A stretch of 64,000 nucleotides of DNA from Mustelus asterias (taxonomy: Eukaryota). The stretch spans positions 124,001 through 188,000 of the forward strand of contig NW_027590645.1 in the NCBI RefSeq assembly GCF_964213995.1, in the 5' to 3' direction. How positions within the stretch are numbered: position 1 is the stretch's first letter; every line of letters begins with the position of its first letter. Shown here piece by piece: positions 1 through 11,406 of the stretch. The notes below the pieces were generated by a model, which had not been told where the DNA came from, did not search any database, and saw only the letters and a program-made list of their open reading frames with translations. The position numbers and the translations under genes were made by a program.

Positions 1-298
1 AAGGAAGAGATTTCAAAGTGATCCACACTGGCTTCAGCCCAACATCCATTCTCTGGTTCACACCAGTGAACAGTTCAGAGTAGACTGAAGCTATTAGCAA
101 TGGAGCCCAACATTTAATCTGTGTCATTGGTTTGTCCTCGGGAACTGGGAAACCGCTCTCACTGTCATAGATCAATTTTGTTTTCATTCCATTATGCATC
201 ATTATTAACTGTTGTTTCATAATAAACCAATCTAAAACTCACACATGAGCTGAAGTCCCTCTTTTGGGTAATCAGATTCCCCTGGATCACGTCTTACC
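1..298 (+). mobile_element. 3' part of a decayed LTR-like repeat
   Basis: Aligns by eye with 20213-20491 (…cttcagc(c/t)caaca…ctctgg(t/c)tcacaccagt…aactgttg…cctctt(t)tgggtaatc…cttac(c)a); has AATAAA at ~220 and ends in CA. Confidence 0.4.
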
Positions 299-1654
299 AA
301 ACACTGCGTGCACTTCTAGTTGCCATATTAAAAAAAAGTTGAGGCATTAGAAAGGGAAGAGAAAATTTACAATAATTATATCAGAAATGTGTAGGTACTA
401 GATACTAGGAAAGGATTGACAAGCTGGGTCTCTTTTTTTTCAGACTGCAAAAGCTTCAATCCACCAAGCGACCTACTAGGATATACCCGCTCCCTCCTTT
501 TACTGTGGATAATGGGCCTGTATAATCAACCTGCAAAGTTTCCCAGGGAATATCATTCAGATGGGATGTGTCCATTTGGACATTATATTTCACAGAGCCA
601 GATTAATTTGGACACAGATTCAAGTGGTAAGGAACATCCTCCTGTTTCCTCAGCCACCGGTAGTAATTATGAACATAAGGATGAATCAAAAGAGAAACAC
701 TTCCTAATATAATCCCTAAACTAGTTGTTTTGTAAGACATCACAATGCAGCAAGTTAAATTCAATCCACCTTGTTGGATTGTCCAGTCCTTACTCGCTGT
801 GAGCCATAAGAGAAAGTTGTTCCTATGGTGTACGGCCTATCTGACCACAGTCACGTCAGAGTCAGGATCGTGACGAGTTTTAAAATCAGGTTTAACTGGA
901 GTCTGTCAGACCAGTGCCAATGATTATGTTTTGGGTGAAGCCCATGGAATCTCCTCGAAAGCAGCTTTCTTGGTGAGTCAGTCTGCCTGGTTCTTACCGT
1001 CACTCTTCACTAACTCCTGCTGCTGATCTACCTTCACCTTACAAATAGCAATTTGTCCCGGACACTTACCAGCAACATCCCCAATCATTCAGAGTTTGAA
1101 ATGGTGGGCGATTTTTTTTTTTGCCAGAGAAGTTGTTTCCAGTGAAGGAGGTACAACTAATGAAACTTTCAGTATAGTTGGTGATTCTATCAGTAATGGG
1201 CTGTATTGGTGATGTCCTCAGATTTCTGGGCTAAATATTGTGGTGCCAATTTAATAAGGATGCCACATACTGTCACTGGAAATCAAAGACACAGCACCAG
1301 ACTGATATGGACCTGATTCATAAAACCCAGATCAATCTACGAACTCTAATACAGTCAAACAGGGATATGGCTTTAACAGGATTGGACTTTGTCTCTTTCT
1401 TCTGTTAGGTATGTGGAATTCTTTCATGCTTCAATATCCCAGCCGAGTGATAATTGTGAAGTTTCAGGATATTAATGTCTTTACTTTGTAATCTCACAAT
1501 TCGTCTACTCTTTAACACCAGGAGCACTCCCTTTATTCACAATGTTACCAGGGCTTGTCCAATCTGTAGAATCATCCAATTAAAGTCTAACAGGTACTCT
1601 GTGCGTTTCACTCAAGTGAGCATTTAATATATGCTGAATAAACGGGACAATCAA

Positions 1655-2665
1655 TCTTTGCCCTCTTTTTAGGTCAAACCAAACCAAATAAACAAACTCA
1701 GCTTAAATCAGGACAAAGTAAAAGGGGCAGCTCCCCAAAAAGGAGGGGGAACAGCCCGAACAGAAATCAAAGTACAAAGGAAACTTAAAAACATCAAATT
1801 AAAATGTGATTATTGGGGTCAATGATGCACCCCAACCCCTGCGGTGCCCAGCGGGCGCGGAAAGCGTCAACCTCGCCCGTGGACACCGCATGCTCCCTCT
1901 CCAGGGACACCTGGCCGCGAACGTAGCCGCGGTAGAGGGGAAGACAGTCAGGATGGACGGCCCCCTCGATCGCCCGCAGCCTGGACCGGTAAATGGCGCG
2001 TTTCGCCAGGCCCAGGAGCAGGTTCACGAGGAGGTCGCCATCCCGACCCTCCCCTCTCCGCACCGGGTGTCCGTAGATCAGGAGCGTGGGACTGAAGTGC
2101 AGACAAAACATCAACAAAAGGTTCTTCAGGAAAACATAAAGGGAGTGCAGCCTAAGACACACAACAAAGACGTGGTCCACGGACTCCACAAGGCCGCAGA
2201 AAGGGCAGTCTTCGGAGCCCGTGAACCAGTGAACCCTACGGTTGTGCGGAACTGCTGCATGCATCACCCTCCACCCCAGGTCCCCGACGTAATTGGGGGA
2301 GATCCCTCCGTAGAGGGACCTCCAGCGGGGACCTCCGCCGCCCGGCGGCAACAAGGCCCGCCAAGGTGTATCCGGGCGACAGGCGAGGAGGCAGTGATGG
2401 AAGGTGTGCAGCAGCAGCCCGCACAGGAAACGCCTCCGCGCGGTAGAAAAAGGCACGGAGGGCATTTCCGCGAGGCGGCTCAGGCTGTGGGGTACCTCAC
2501 CTAGGGGAGGGGGCTGAGGCTTTGGGCCAATGTGGAATTCCGCCCGAACAGGGGAACGCTCGGGCGGGATCCCACCGCACGCCTGCGCCGTCTCAAGTTT
2601 GCGTGCAGTTTCGGGGCCGAGCACGACCGTCCTAAGGTCTAGGATGGCTTTGGCCGCGCGCACAG
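1655..2665 (-). mobile_element. 5'-truncated Tx1/L1-clade LINE (ORF2 C-terminus with zf-RVT domain plus 3' UTR)
   Basis: ORF 1794..2708(-) contains GDLGWRVMHAAV…CPFCGLVESVDHVFVVC, the CCHC/zf-RVT motif of L1/Tx1 ORF2; CpG-rich block in AT-rich flanks. Confidence 0.8.
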
Positions 2666-2789
2666 ATGAATGTGTCTGAGATGCATCAACCTGGAATACC
2701 TTTTCCATTAAGCTCTCAGTTCACGAGAGCATATATATATTCGTCAGAGAGGTTTACAGCAGGTTCGGCCCAACTTGCCCTTTTTTAAA

Positions 2790-3275
2790 AAACCCCTAAG
2801 CTAATCCCAATTGCCCGCATTTGGCCCATATCCCTCTACACCCATCGTACCCATATAACTTCTCTAAGCTTATTAAAGACAAAATTGTACCCGCCTCTAT
2901 GACTACCTCTGGCAGATTGTTCCAGACACTCACCACCCTCTGTGTGAAAAGATTGCCCCTCTGGACACTTTTGTATCTCTCCCCTCTCACCTTAAACCTA
3001 TGCCCTCTAGTTTTAGACTCCCCTACTTTTGGGAAAAGATATTGACTATCCAGCTGATCTGTGTCCCTCATTATTTTATAGACCTCGATAAGATCACCCC
3101 TCGGCCTCCTACGCTCCAGAGAAAAAAGTCCCATCTATCCAGCCTCTCCTTATAACTCAATCCATCAAGTCCCGGTAGCATCCGAGTAAATCTTTTCTGC
3201 AATCTTTCTAGTTTAATCATATCCTTTCTATAATCGGGTGACCAGAATTGCACACAGTATTCCAAACGGGGTCTT
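2790..3275 (-). mobile_element. CR1 LINE 3' fragment (frameshifted)
   Basis: RPRLEYCVQFWSP…GLFSLERRRPRGDLIEVYK…TRGHRFKV, homologous to the CR1 ORF2 C-termini in this window. Confidence 0.9.
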
Positions 3276-3679
3276 ATTGTTCTGACTTTGCCAACAGGGC
3301 TGTGGAATTTATTGGATAGATCTTCCAAAGGCCAGCACAGACATACTGAGCTGAATGGTTTCCATCCATCTGTATCATTCTGTAAAACAATGAATATTCA
3401 GAATCAGGATGAGACAGAACGAGAGGAACCAGTGACTGTGCGATTGAATCCAGACAGAGTCAGCACCATCAGGGAAAGGGAAAGAGAGGAGACAGTGTAA
3501 AAGCTTCCCACAGGAGAATTTGAGTAATTTAACATAGCAGATCATCAATTCGCAATAATTTGCGTTTTTTTAAAATTAGTTTATCTCAATACCTAACAAT
3601 GTTATTTTATATTCACTGTTTGAGGTTACAATGGCGCTGCTGTTAACCACCATTCCTTGCGGTTGTGAAAGTACCCTAT

Positions 3680-4150
3680 TCACTCCACAGGAGCCCACAG
3701 CGCATGCGCGGTGTTGTATGTGGAGCATGCGCAATGTCACTTTGCTCGGAGCCCTGCGAGTGCGGGAGTTGCTTTTTTCAATGGGTGAGAGTGTGTGGGG
3801 CGGAGGGAGGAATGGAGCTGGGAGTCAGGGTGGGGAGGGAGGAATGGAGCCAGGAATCAGGGTGGGGAGGGAGCGGAGGCTTCACAAACACCTGCTGTAG
3901 GCCGCAAGGTCCGAATCAGAGCCTGCGGGTCCCGGGTTTGCAGCTGCGGGGATTGAATCCGGGATCAGGCCCAGTGCAGCGGCCGCCATCTTTGTTCCGC
4001 GGGGAGCAGAGCGCGCATGCGCGGTCAGTCAGTGGTGCTTCAGGGTCCCGGTGACCAGGAGAGGAAAGGTTTGACTCATTGACTGACAGGGCGGGTTAAT
4101 TGGCGCTCTCTTTAGAGAGGGAAGGTGCTACAGGGCGAATGTGCGGCCAT
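3680..4150 (+). promoter_or_regulatory. CpG-island promoter/first exon of the ZNF gene at 5795
   Basis: CpG-rich; NRF1-type GCGCATGCGC at ~3700 and ~4013; gatgtggagcatgcgca-type motif shared with 16410 and 28310. Confidence 0.6.
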
Positions 4151-4254
4151 CCGAATAACAGAAGAAAATATAATCAGAATTAGGAGCATGAGGAGGCCAT
4201 TCGACCCATCAAGGTTGCTCTGCGATTCAATAAACTCATGGCTCATCTGATCAA

Positions 4255-4345
4255 GAAAATGCTGGAAAATCTCAGGTGTGACAGCATCTGTGGAGAGAGA
4301 ATAGAGCTAAAGTTTCAAGTCTGGATGACCCTTCGTCAGAGCCCA
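4255..4345 (-). repeat. Short Penelope-type repeat with a degenerate hammerhead core
   Basis: Minus strand gggctCTGACGAagggtcatccagacttGAAActttagctc; same family at ~19970, ~21090, ~36340 and ~43125. Confidence 0.55.
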
Positions 4346-4958
4346 TCTGTTCATTGTCATAACTCAGTTTTCCTCCAGCCTCTCTCACCCTTAACTCCCT
4401 TGGAGGTGAAACTCCCGGTGCGAACACAGCCTTGAATATACTCAATGACCAATCTCCACTGCCCACTGGGGGAGAGAACTCCACGGGCTACTGGCCCTCT
4501 GAGAGATGCAATTGCTCCTCATCTCTGTCCCTTTTTTTAAACTGTCCTTGCAATTTTTGATTCCCTGATATGGGGAAACAGCACTTACCCTGTCAAGTAC
4601 CCTCAGAATCATATGTGCTTCAGTTAGATCTCCTCTCATTTATCTAAAATCCAATGAGTATCGACGCACCCTGTTAACCTTTCCTAAATAAACAAACTTC
4701 TTTATGCCAGGAATTATCGTAGTGGACCTTGTCTGAACTGCAACCTATGTCACCATTTCAATCTTAAATAATCCTATGCTAGGAAACAGAAGGAGAGGTG
4801 TTATGAATTTATATTCTGGACTAACTAATGGATTTTGGAAACTCCTTTTACAGTTAGAAGGGGATGATTTATACACAGCAATCTCAAACCAAGAAAAATG
4901 TTTATCTCTTAATCTCTAACCACTGTTGACACATGACTCTTGTAATCTCCTTTCACAG

Positions 4959-5075
4959 GGAATTAGAAGATTTGAAGACTGCAATTGTTGTCCGACTCCA
5001 GTGCTTCTGGCATCTTTCCAGCTGCAGGCTCCAGCAGGAGGTTTTAAATTTGAAAACAGTGAAATTGTTCCGGAG
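4959..5075 (+). other. Putative internal (probably non-coding) exon of the first ZNF gene
   Basis: Pyrimidine tract + cacag| acceptor resembling the cluster's last-exon acceptor; consensus donor GAG|GTGAGT at 5075/5076. Confidence 0.4.
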
Positions 5076-5169
5076 GTGAGTATTATTGCGCATTCATCTA
5101 CAGTTTAGAGTTTTTAGTGCTTTGCTCTGTTGTCTGTGAGAGGTTTCATGGCTCTGGGGTTGGTGTGAT

Positions 5170-5340
5170 TCACCAGCGAGTTCACACTGGGGAGAGGCTG
5201 TTCACCTGCATTGTGTGTGGGAAGGGATTCAGTCAGTCATCCACCTGCTGAGACACCAGCGAGTTCACAAGTGATTGCAGGGGTTGGATTTTGCTGTTTT
5301 GCTGCTGTTAAATCACATTCAGGACTGAACCATGTTCATT
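5170..5340 (+). pseudogene. Remnant of a terminal zinc finger plus ZNF 3' UTR
   Basis: [24 protein letters not shown](1-bp deletion)…HQRVHK* followed by the cluster's conserved 3' UTR motif. Confidence 0.75.
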
Positions 5341-5794
5341 AATCTGAATCATCGATGCAGATTTGATGGGCTGAATAGTCTCTTTCTGCACTGTAGGGGT
5401 TCCACGGATTCTTAAAATTCTGTCCGAATTGAAGATAATTTCACTATTTCTGATTTCCGCACATCTGGAGATAAATTCCACTCCTTTGTGAGCATTTTGA
5501 TTGATTTGATGGCTCGCAATGATGTTTTAAATTCATTATTCACTCTAAGCCAGTGAGGAAAGAGTGTTCCACAGCAACTAGAATTGTCTGTTCTCAGTTT
5601 CTGAGCTGTACTGACTGTGATGACATTTGTAAACTCCTTTTACAGGATATTAAAAGGGGAGGATTTGCCAGAAGAAATCTCAAACGAAACTTCACGTCAA
5701 GCTCTGACAGAGTCACTCATTAGGACGGGGAAAACCATCACCCATTTTACCATCAGAGTGACAGGAAAAGCACCAAGACGCAGTCACCCACACC

Positions 5795-6727
5795 ATGGGA
5801 AAACCATGGAAATGTGGGGATTGTGGAAAGGGATTCAGATCCCCATCTGAGCTGGAAACACATCGACGCAGTCACACTGGGGAGAGGCCATTCACCTGCT
5901 ATCAGTGTGGAAAGAGATTTACTAATTCATCCGACCTGCTTACACACCAGCGAGTTCACACTGGGGAGAGGCCATTCACCTGCTCTGATTGTGGGAAGAA
6001 ATTTAGTATTTCATCCAATCTAGTGAGACACCGTCGAGTTCACTCTGGGGAGAGACCATTCACCTGCTCAGTGTGTGGAAAAAGATGCAGAGATTCATCC
6101 ACCCTGCTGGTACACCAGCAAGTTCACACCAAGGAGAGGCTGTTCACTTGTTCTGAGTGTGGGAAGGGATTCACTCGGTTATCCAGTCTGCAGAGACACC
6201 ATCGCGTTCACACTGGGGAGAGACCATTCACCTGCTCAGAGTGTGGGAAAGGATTCAGAGATTCATCTGACCTGCTGGCACATCAGCGAGTTCACACTGG
6301 GGAGAGGCCGTTCATCTGCTCCGTGTGTGGGAAAGGATTTGGAGATTCCTCCACCCTGCTGACACACCAACGAGTTCACACTGGGGAGAGGCCGTTCACC
6401 TGCTCCAATTGTGGGAGGGAATTCAGTCAGTTAGCCAATCTGCTAAGACACCAGCAAATTCACAGCGGGGACAGGGAGGGGCCTTTCACCTGCTCAGAGT
6501 GTGAGAAGCGATTCAGTGATTTACCTACCCTGCTGACACACCAGCGGGTTCACACCGGGGAGAAGCCATTTACCTGCTCCGTGTGTGGGAAGAGATTCAA
6601 TCGGTCATCCAACCTGCTGACACACCAGAGAGTTCACACTGGGGAGAGACCATTTACCTGCTCTGACTGTGGGAAGGGATTCACTCAGTCATCCCACCTG
6701 CTGAGACACCAGCGAGTTCACAAGTGA
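5795..6727 (+). CDS. C2H2 zinc-finger protein, 11 fingers, no visible effector domain
   Basis: 11 CX2CX12HX3H units with TGERP linkers; accATGg Kozak context; splice acceptor ttttacag| at 5645. Confidence 0.9.
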   Translation: MGKPWKCGDCGKGFRSPSELETHRRSHTGERPFTCYQCGKRFTNSSDLLTHQRVHTGERPFTCSDCGKKFSISSNLVRHRRVHSGERPFTCSVCGKRCRDSSTLLVHQQVHTKERLFTCSECGKGFTRLSSLQRHHRVHTGERPFTCSECGKGFRDSSDLLAHQRVHTGERPFICSVCGKGFGDSSTLLTHQRVHTGERPFTCSNCGREFSQLANLLRHQQIHSGDREGPFTCSECEKRFSDLPTLLTHQRVHTGEKPFTCSVCGKRFNRSSNLLTHQRVHTGERPFTCSDCGKGFTQSSHLLRHQRVHK

Positions 6728-7479
6728 TTACAGTGGTTGTATTCTGCTGTTAATCACATCCGGGACTGAACCATGTTCATTCTGACAGTTGGTGAAGTGG
6801 GAGGGTCAGAGGGTTTCTTGCTGTTGGACTGGCCGGTCTCAGTTTTCATTCCAGTGGCTGATTCTCTTTGAGCGAGAGCACATTTCCACTGAAATGATCC
6901 ACAAAAGCAGATGTCAGATGAGACTGAGATGAGGAAAAAAATCTGAACTCAAAGGGTAGTGAACTTGTGGAATTCTCTACCACAGAAGGCTGTGGAATCC
7001 CAATCACTGAATATGTTCAAGGAAGAGATAGATTTTTTAAAAGATTTTAATGGCTTCAAGCGGTGTGGGGAGAATATGGCATTGAGATTGAGGATCAGCC
7101 ATGATCATATTGAATGGTGGAGCAGACTCGAATGGCCTGCTCCTAGTTTCTATCGAGTACATTAACTTTATCCTGGAAATAAATAGTCTTTTTCCTACCA
7201 CTACAGGTGTCTTGTCTTTTATCCGTCCTTGTTCTGAGGTTAGCTGTACTCTGAACAATCTTTCTCCACTGATTTCTCAGCTGCTCTCACTGCCTGTCCC
7301 ATCAAGAGGCCAGTCCACATTCTGATACTATCTCGGGCCTTCCTTGTACACATTTTCCAGGTGTTTTATCTCACATTGGTCAATAAAAATGCCTTTCACT
7401 GGGATGCTGTGTCACAAGTCTTTGTATTAGCTAAAGATTTGGCAATACTTTGTCTCTGAAAGAAACCCCGTAACAGCCC

Positions 7480-7668
7480 TGAACATCACTGGCCTTTGAA
7501 TGTGGAAGGAGCAACGTAACGTCTATTCTGTCCATGGGATAAGATTTCAGATATAATTGTGACTGGAAAAGCACTGAGACACACACACACCCGAGTGAGA
7601 GTGTTCCAGTGAACTGAGTGTGGAAAGAGCTTTAACCAGTTACACAGCCTGAAAATACATCACACTAT
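7480..7668 (+). pseudogene. Truncated ZNF last-exon leader (dead fingers only)
   Basis: gtgactggaaaagcac…gtgttccagtgaactgagtgtggaaagagctttaaccagttacacagcc matches 17662-17760. Confidence 0.7.
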
Positions 7669-8014
7669 AGGGTAAGTAAATGGGAACGTGGGAATGATAA
7701 AGTATAATTTGTGGAAAAAGGTTATCCGCATTGTTGGGAAGAATAGAAAATCAGCATTTTATTTAAATAGGCTGCAGAATTCCACAGTGGTCTCCTTGAT
7801 GAGGGATATACTCAGCATGACCACTGTGACTGTGTCCTGTCAATGTACAGCTGCATTGCAGGGTCAGGATCATCTCTGAAGGAGCTGCCAGTTAGTCCCT
7901 TTTCCTCAGAGCCTTCACTACAATTATAGAATGATGACAGCAAATGAAGAGTCATTCAGCCCATCGTGTTCACACCCACACCAGCTTTCTGAGAGAGTGA
8001 CACAGCCAGTCCCA

Positions 8015-8378
8015 CTCCCCGGCCTCTCCCTCGTTACTCCCCGGCCTCTCCCTCGGTCACTCCCCGGCCTCTCCCTCGGTCACTGCCCGGCCTCTCCCTC
8101 GGTCACTCCCCGGCCTCTCCTTCGGTCACTCCCCGGCCTCTCCCTCGGTCACTCCCGGCCTCACCCTCGGTCACTCCCGTCCTTTCCCTCGCTCCCTCCC
8201 CGGCCTCTCCCTCGATCCCTCCCTGGCCTCTCCCTCGATCCCTCCCTGGCCTCTCCCTCGATCCCTCCCTGGCCTCTCCCTCCATCCCTCCCTGGCCTCT
8301 CCCTCCATCCCTCCCTGGCCTCTCCCTCGGTCCCTCCCTGGCCTCTCCCTCGGTCCCTCCCTAGCCTCTCCCTCGGCC
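8015..8378. repeat. 23-bp minisatellite, about 16 copies (CTCCCCGGCCTCTCCCTCGGTCA / CTCCCTGGCCTCTCCCTCGATCC)
   Basis: Direct inspection of tandem units with no unique spacers. Confidence 0.9.
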
Positions 8379-8399
8379 AGTGCACAGTCTTTCTCTCGT

Positions 8400-8875
8400 A
8401 ATCCTGAACATTTTTTTTCTCTTCAGATAATTATCCAGTTGTGTTTTGAAATCTTGTTTGAACCTTCCTCCTCCCCACACTGGGTCAGTGCACGCCGGGT
8501 TCTAACCACTCACTCTGGAAACGGGATTTCCTCAAATCACCATTGCTTATTTCACAAATCACCTTTAACCTGTGTCCTCTGCTTCTTGACCTTTTTGCCA
8601 ATCAGAATAGTTTCTTCCGATCTTCTCTGTCCAAATCCCTCTTGATTTTGAATATTTCTATCGAACCTCCTCTTCTCTATAGAGATCAGCTCCAGCTTTG
8701 CCAATCTACCCTCATAACTGAAGTTTCTCATCCCTGGAATCAGTCTCATGAATTTTATCTGCATCCTCTACAATGTCTTCACCTCCTTCCTATCGCGATC
8801 TATCGGAGTTGGCCACAATGCTCCAGTTGAGGCTGAACCAATGCTTTATTTTGGTTCATCACAACTTCCTTATTA
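8400..8875 (-). mobile_element. Decayed CR1 3' fragment
   Basis: Minus-strand translation IKFMRLIPGMRNFSYEGRLAKLELISIEKRR; ALVQPQLEHC. Confidence 0.65.
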
Positions 8876-10131
8876 TTCTCGGGTATTTGGACATCAGCCT
8901 TTCTCCTGTCAATATACAGCTGCCTTATGGGGTTGTGGTCACATTTGAAAGAGCTGCCCATCAGCCCCACTCCCCTCCCCTTTCCCCAGAGCCCTGTTAA
9001 CTTTACCTTCAACTGGAGATCCAATTCACTTCGGAAAGATGTATCTGAATCTGCTTCCATCCCCTTTCAGGCAGAACGTTCCAGAACAGAATTAATTGAG
9101 AAATGAATGCCCCCAGTGGATTTTTCCCAATTATTTGATGCGACATATTTAATTGTTGATCTTCTGTTAAATACATTTCCAGAGCAGATTTAAGGGAAAA
9201 TGTTCATGACATCTTGGAGATGAACCACACGAAATGCTGTCTGTTTGAAACAAAGTTGATTTATTTGATGCATTAAAATATTAAACTCCAGCCACATTAC
9301 AGGAGTTAACATCAGCAAAAAAAAAGTCAGAATTAATATGATTCAATCCTAAATATGATCAACAGCAGCAACAAAAGCAGAATCCAACTCCTCTAGAGAC
9401 TCTGTCTGAGAGTCAGTGCAGACTTGATGGGCTGAATGGCCTCCTTCTGCACTGTAGGGATTCTATGAAAAGTAAACTCAAGATTAAAATAAAGATTCTT
9501 CAGCTAGTCACTAATCAGCCTTTTCCATTTTCCTGAAGTCATCTTATAATTATTTATCTCCTAGATTTGATGAATTAAACATTATCTGCAATTGTATGAT
9601 AAATGATCAGTTTTATACAAATTAATGAATCATGTCTTACTTTATAGTTGGATAATGCAGTGACCAGAACTGTGCTCAGTATTCTAGCTGTGTTCTAACT
9701 CGTCTCTAACGTAATCTCCCTGCTCTTATATTCCAGGCCTCAGACAGGAAAGTGTCCCAAATGCCTCCTTGACCATCTGATCTACATGTGCAGCCATCTT
9801 CAGGGATCAGTGGATATGCACTCCAAAGTCCTTCTGTTCCTCTATAATTCTCAACATCATCCCATGTTCATTCCCTTGTCTTGTTTACCCTCCCAAATTC
9901 AATCTCTCATTGATCCAGATTGAATTCTACTTGCTATTTTTGTGTTGACTCACCCCCCAGTCCATTAATATCTTCCTGCTGTCCACAGCTTTATTCCTCA
10001 TTGTCAACCATGGGAGCTACTTTTGTATCAGATGCAAACTTAGTAATAATTTTCCACACAGTTGAGCCGAAATTATTGACACATACCAGAAAACTGTGGA
10101 CCACCACTGGAAACAGGCATCTTGGCATCAT

Positions 10132-11280
10132 TCAGTCCTGGGTGTGATTAACAGCAGCAATAACAGCAGAATCCAACCCTTGCTGTTGCCTGTGAACTTG
10201 CTGGTGTTTCAGCAGGTTGTTTGACTGAGCGAATCCCTTCCCACACATGGAGCAGTTGAACGGCCTTTCCCCAGTGTGAACTCGCTGGTGTTTCAGCAGA
10301 TTCTGTTTACTTTTAAATCTCTTCTCACAATCAGAACATTCAAAAGGTCTCTGATCAGTGTGAACAAGTTGGTGTGTAGTCAGGTGGGATGACTGAGTGA
10401 ATCTCTTGCCGCACAGGGGGCAAGTGTAAGGTCTCTCTCCAGTGTGAACTCGCCGGTGTATCAGAAGGTCAGATGCATCAATGAATTCCTGACAACACAC
10501 AGGGCAGGTGAATGGCCTCTCCCCAGTGTGAACTCGATGGTGTCTCAGAAGGTGAGCTAATCGAGTGAATCCCTTCCCACAGAGAGAGCAGATGAATGGT
10601 CTCTCCCCAGTGTGAGTGTGCTGGTGTTTCAGAAGATCCTTTTTGCTTTTAAATGTTTTATCACATTCAGAACAATTGATAGGTCTCTGATCAGTGTGAA
10701 CAAATCGATGTTTCAGGAGCTGGGATGAACAAGTGAATCCCTTCCCACACACGGAGCAGATGAACGGCCTCTCCCCAGTGTGAGTGCGCTGATGAATCAA
10801 TAAATCCTTTTTACTTTTAAAGTTCTTCTCACAGTCAGAACATTGAAATGGTCTCTGATCAGTGTGAACACTTTGGTGTGTCAGGAGGTGGGATGACTGA
10901 GTGAATCCATTCCCACACACGGAGCAGATGAAAGGCCTCTCCCCAGTGTGAGTGCGTTGGTGAATCAACAAATCCTTTCTGCTTTTAAAGCTCTTCCCAC
11001 ACTCACAACATTTAAACGGTCTCTGATCAGAGTGAACCTGGTGGTGAGTCCGGAGGTTTGATAAAGCATTAAATCCCTTTCCACATTGAAGACAGGTGAA
11101 TGGCCTCTCACCAGTATGGACATGCTGGTGTGTGTAGAGGCTGGATGACTGAGTGAATCCCTTCCCACACACAGAGCAGGTGAATGGTCTCTCCCCAGTG
11201 TGAATACGTCGATGGGTTTCCAATTCAGATGGGTAATTGAATCCCGTCCCACAGTCCGCACATTTCCACGGTTTCTCCAT
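10132..11280 (-). CDS. C2H2 zinc-finger protein, 13 fingers, with a C-terminal extension through the paralogous stop position
   Basis: 13 intact fingers; alternating TGERP/TDQRP linkers; acceptor ttttccag| at ~11750. Confidence 0.9.
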   Translation of the reverse strand: MEKPWKCADCGTGFNYPSELETHRRIHTGERPFTCSVCGKGFTQSSSLYTHQHVHTGERPFTCLQCGKGFNALSNLRTHHQVHSDQRPFKCCECGKSFKSRKDLLIHQRTHTGERPFICSVCGNGFTQSSHLLTHQSVHTDQRPFQCSDCEKNFKSKKDLLIHQRTHTGERPFICSVCGKGFTCSSQLLKHRFVHTDQRPINCSECDKTFKSKKDLLKHQHTHTGERPFICSLCGKGFTRLAHLLRHHRVHTGERPFTCPVCCQEFIDASDLLIHRRVHTGERPYTCPLCGKRFTQSSHLTTHQLVHTDQRPFECSDCEKRFKSKQNLLKHQRVHTGERPFNCSMCGKGFAQSNNLLKHQQVHRQQQGLDSAVIAAVNHTQD

Positions 11281-11281
11281 G

Positions 11282-11406
11282 ATTATTGACAGGCTATCGG
11301 GTGTAGGCGGGATGCAGATTTGAGCTCACTATCAGATCAGCCATGATGTTATTAAATGGTGGAACTGGCCCGTGGGGCCGAATGGCCTATTGCTGCTCCT
11401 TGTTCA
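11282..11406 (+). mobile_element. ~125-bp LINE (CR1-type) 3'-end fragment with a CATG target-site duplication
   Basis: gatcagccatgat…ggccgaatggccta…gctcct tail; CATG at 11278-11281 and 11407-11410; the empty site is visible in the paralog at 51010-51045. Confidence 0.75.

Noticed and set aside
416-1650. Protein-coding gene or retroviral pol
   Set aside because: It may be decayed LTR-element interior, but I could not recover a convincing motif by eye
1806-2504. Antisense or alternate-frame ORFs over TEs and ZNFs (also 29524..30327, 32076..32513, 62595..63029 and the 'TLGRGHSPA' frames)
   Set aside because: These are shadow ORFs from codon bias and the 84-bp finger repeat; no independent motifs
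5795-6727. Assigning mammalian ZNF gene symbols
   Set aside because: These are lineage-specific paralogs; similarity is driven by generic finger and linker consensus, so orthology cannot be supported
8015-8378. CRISPR-like array or Pro-rich ORF 7931..8401
   Set aside because: The units are contiguous with no unique spacers and the DNA is eukaryotic; the ORF is a by-product of the repeat
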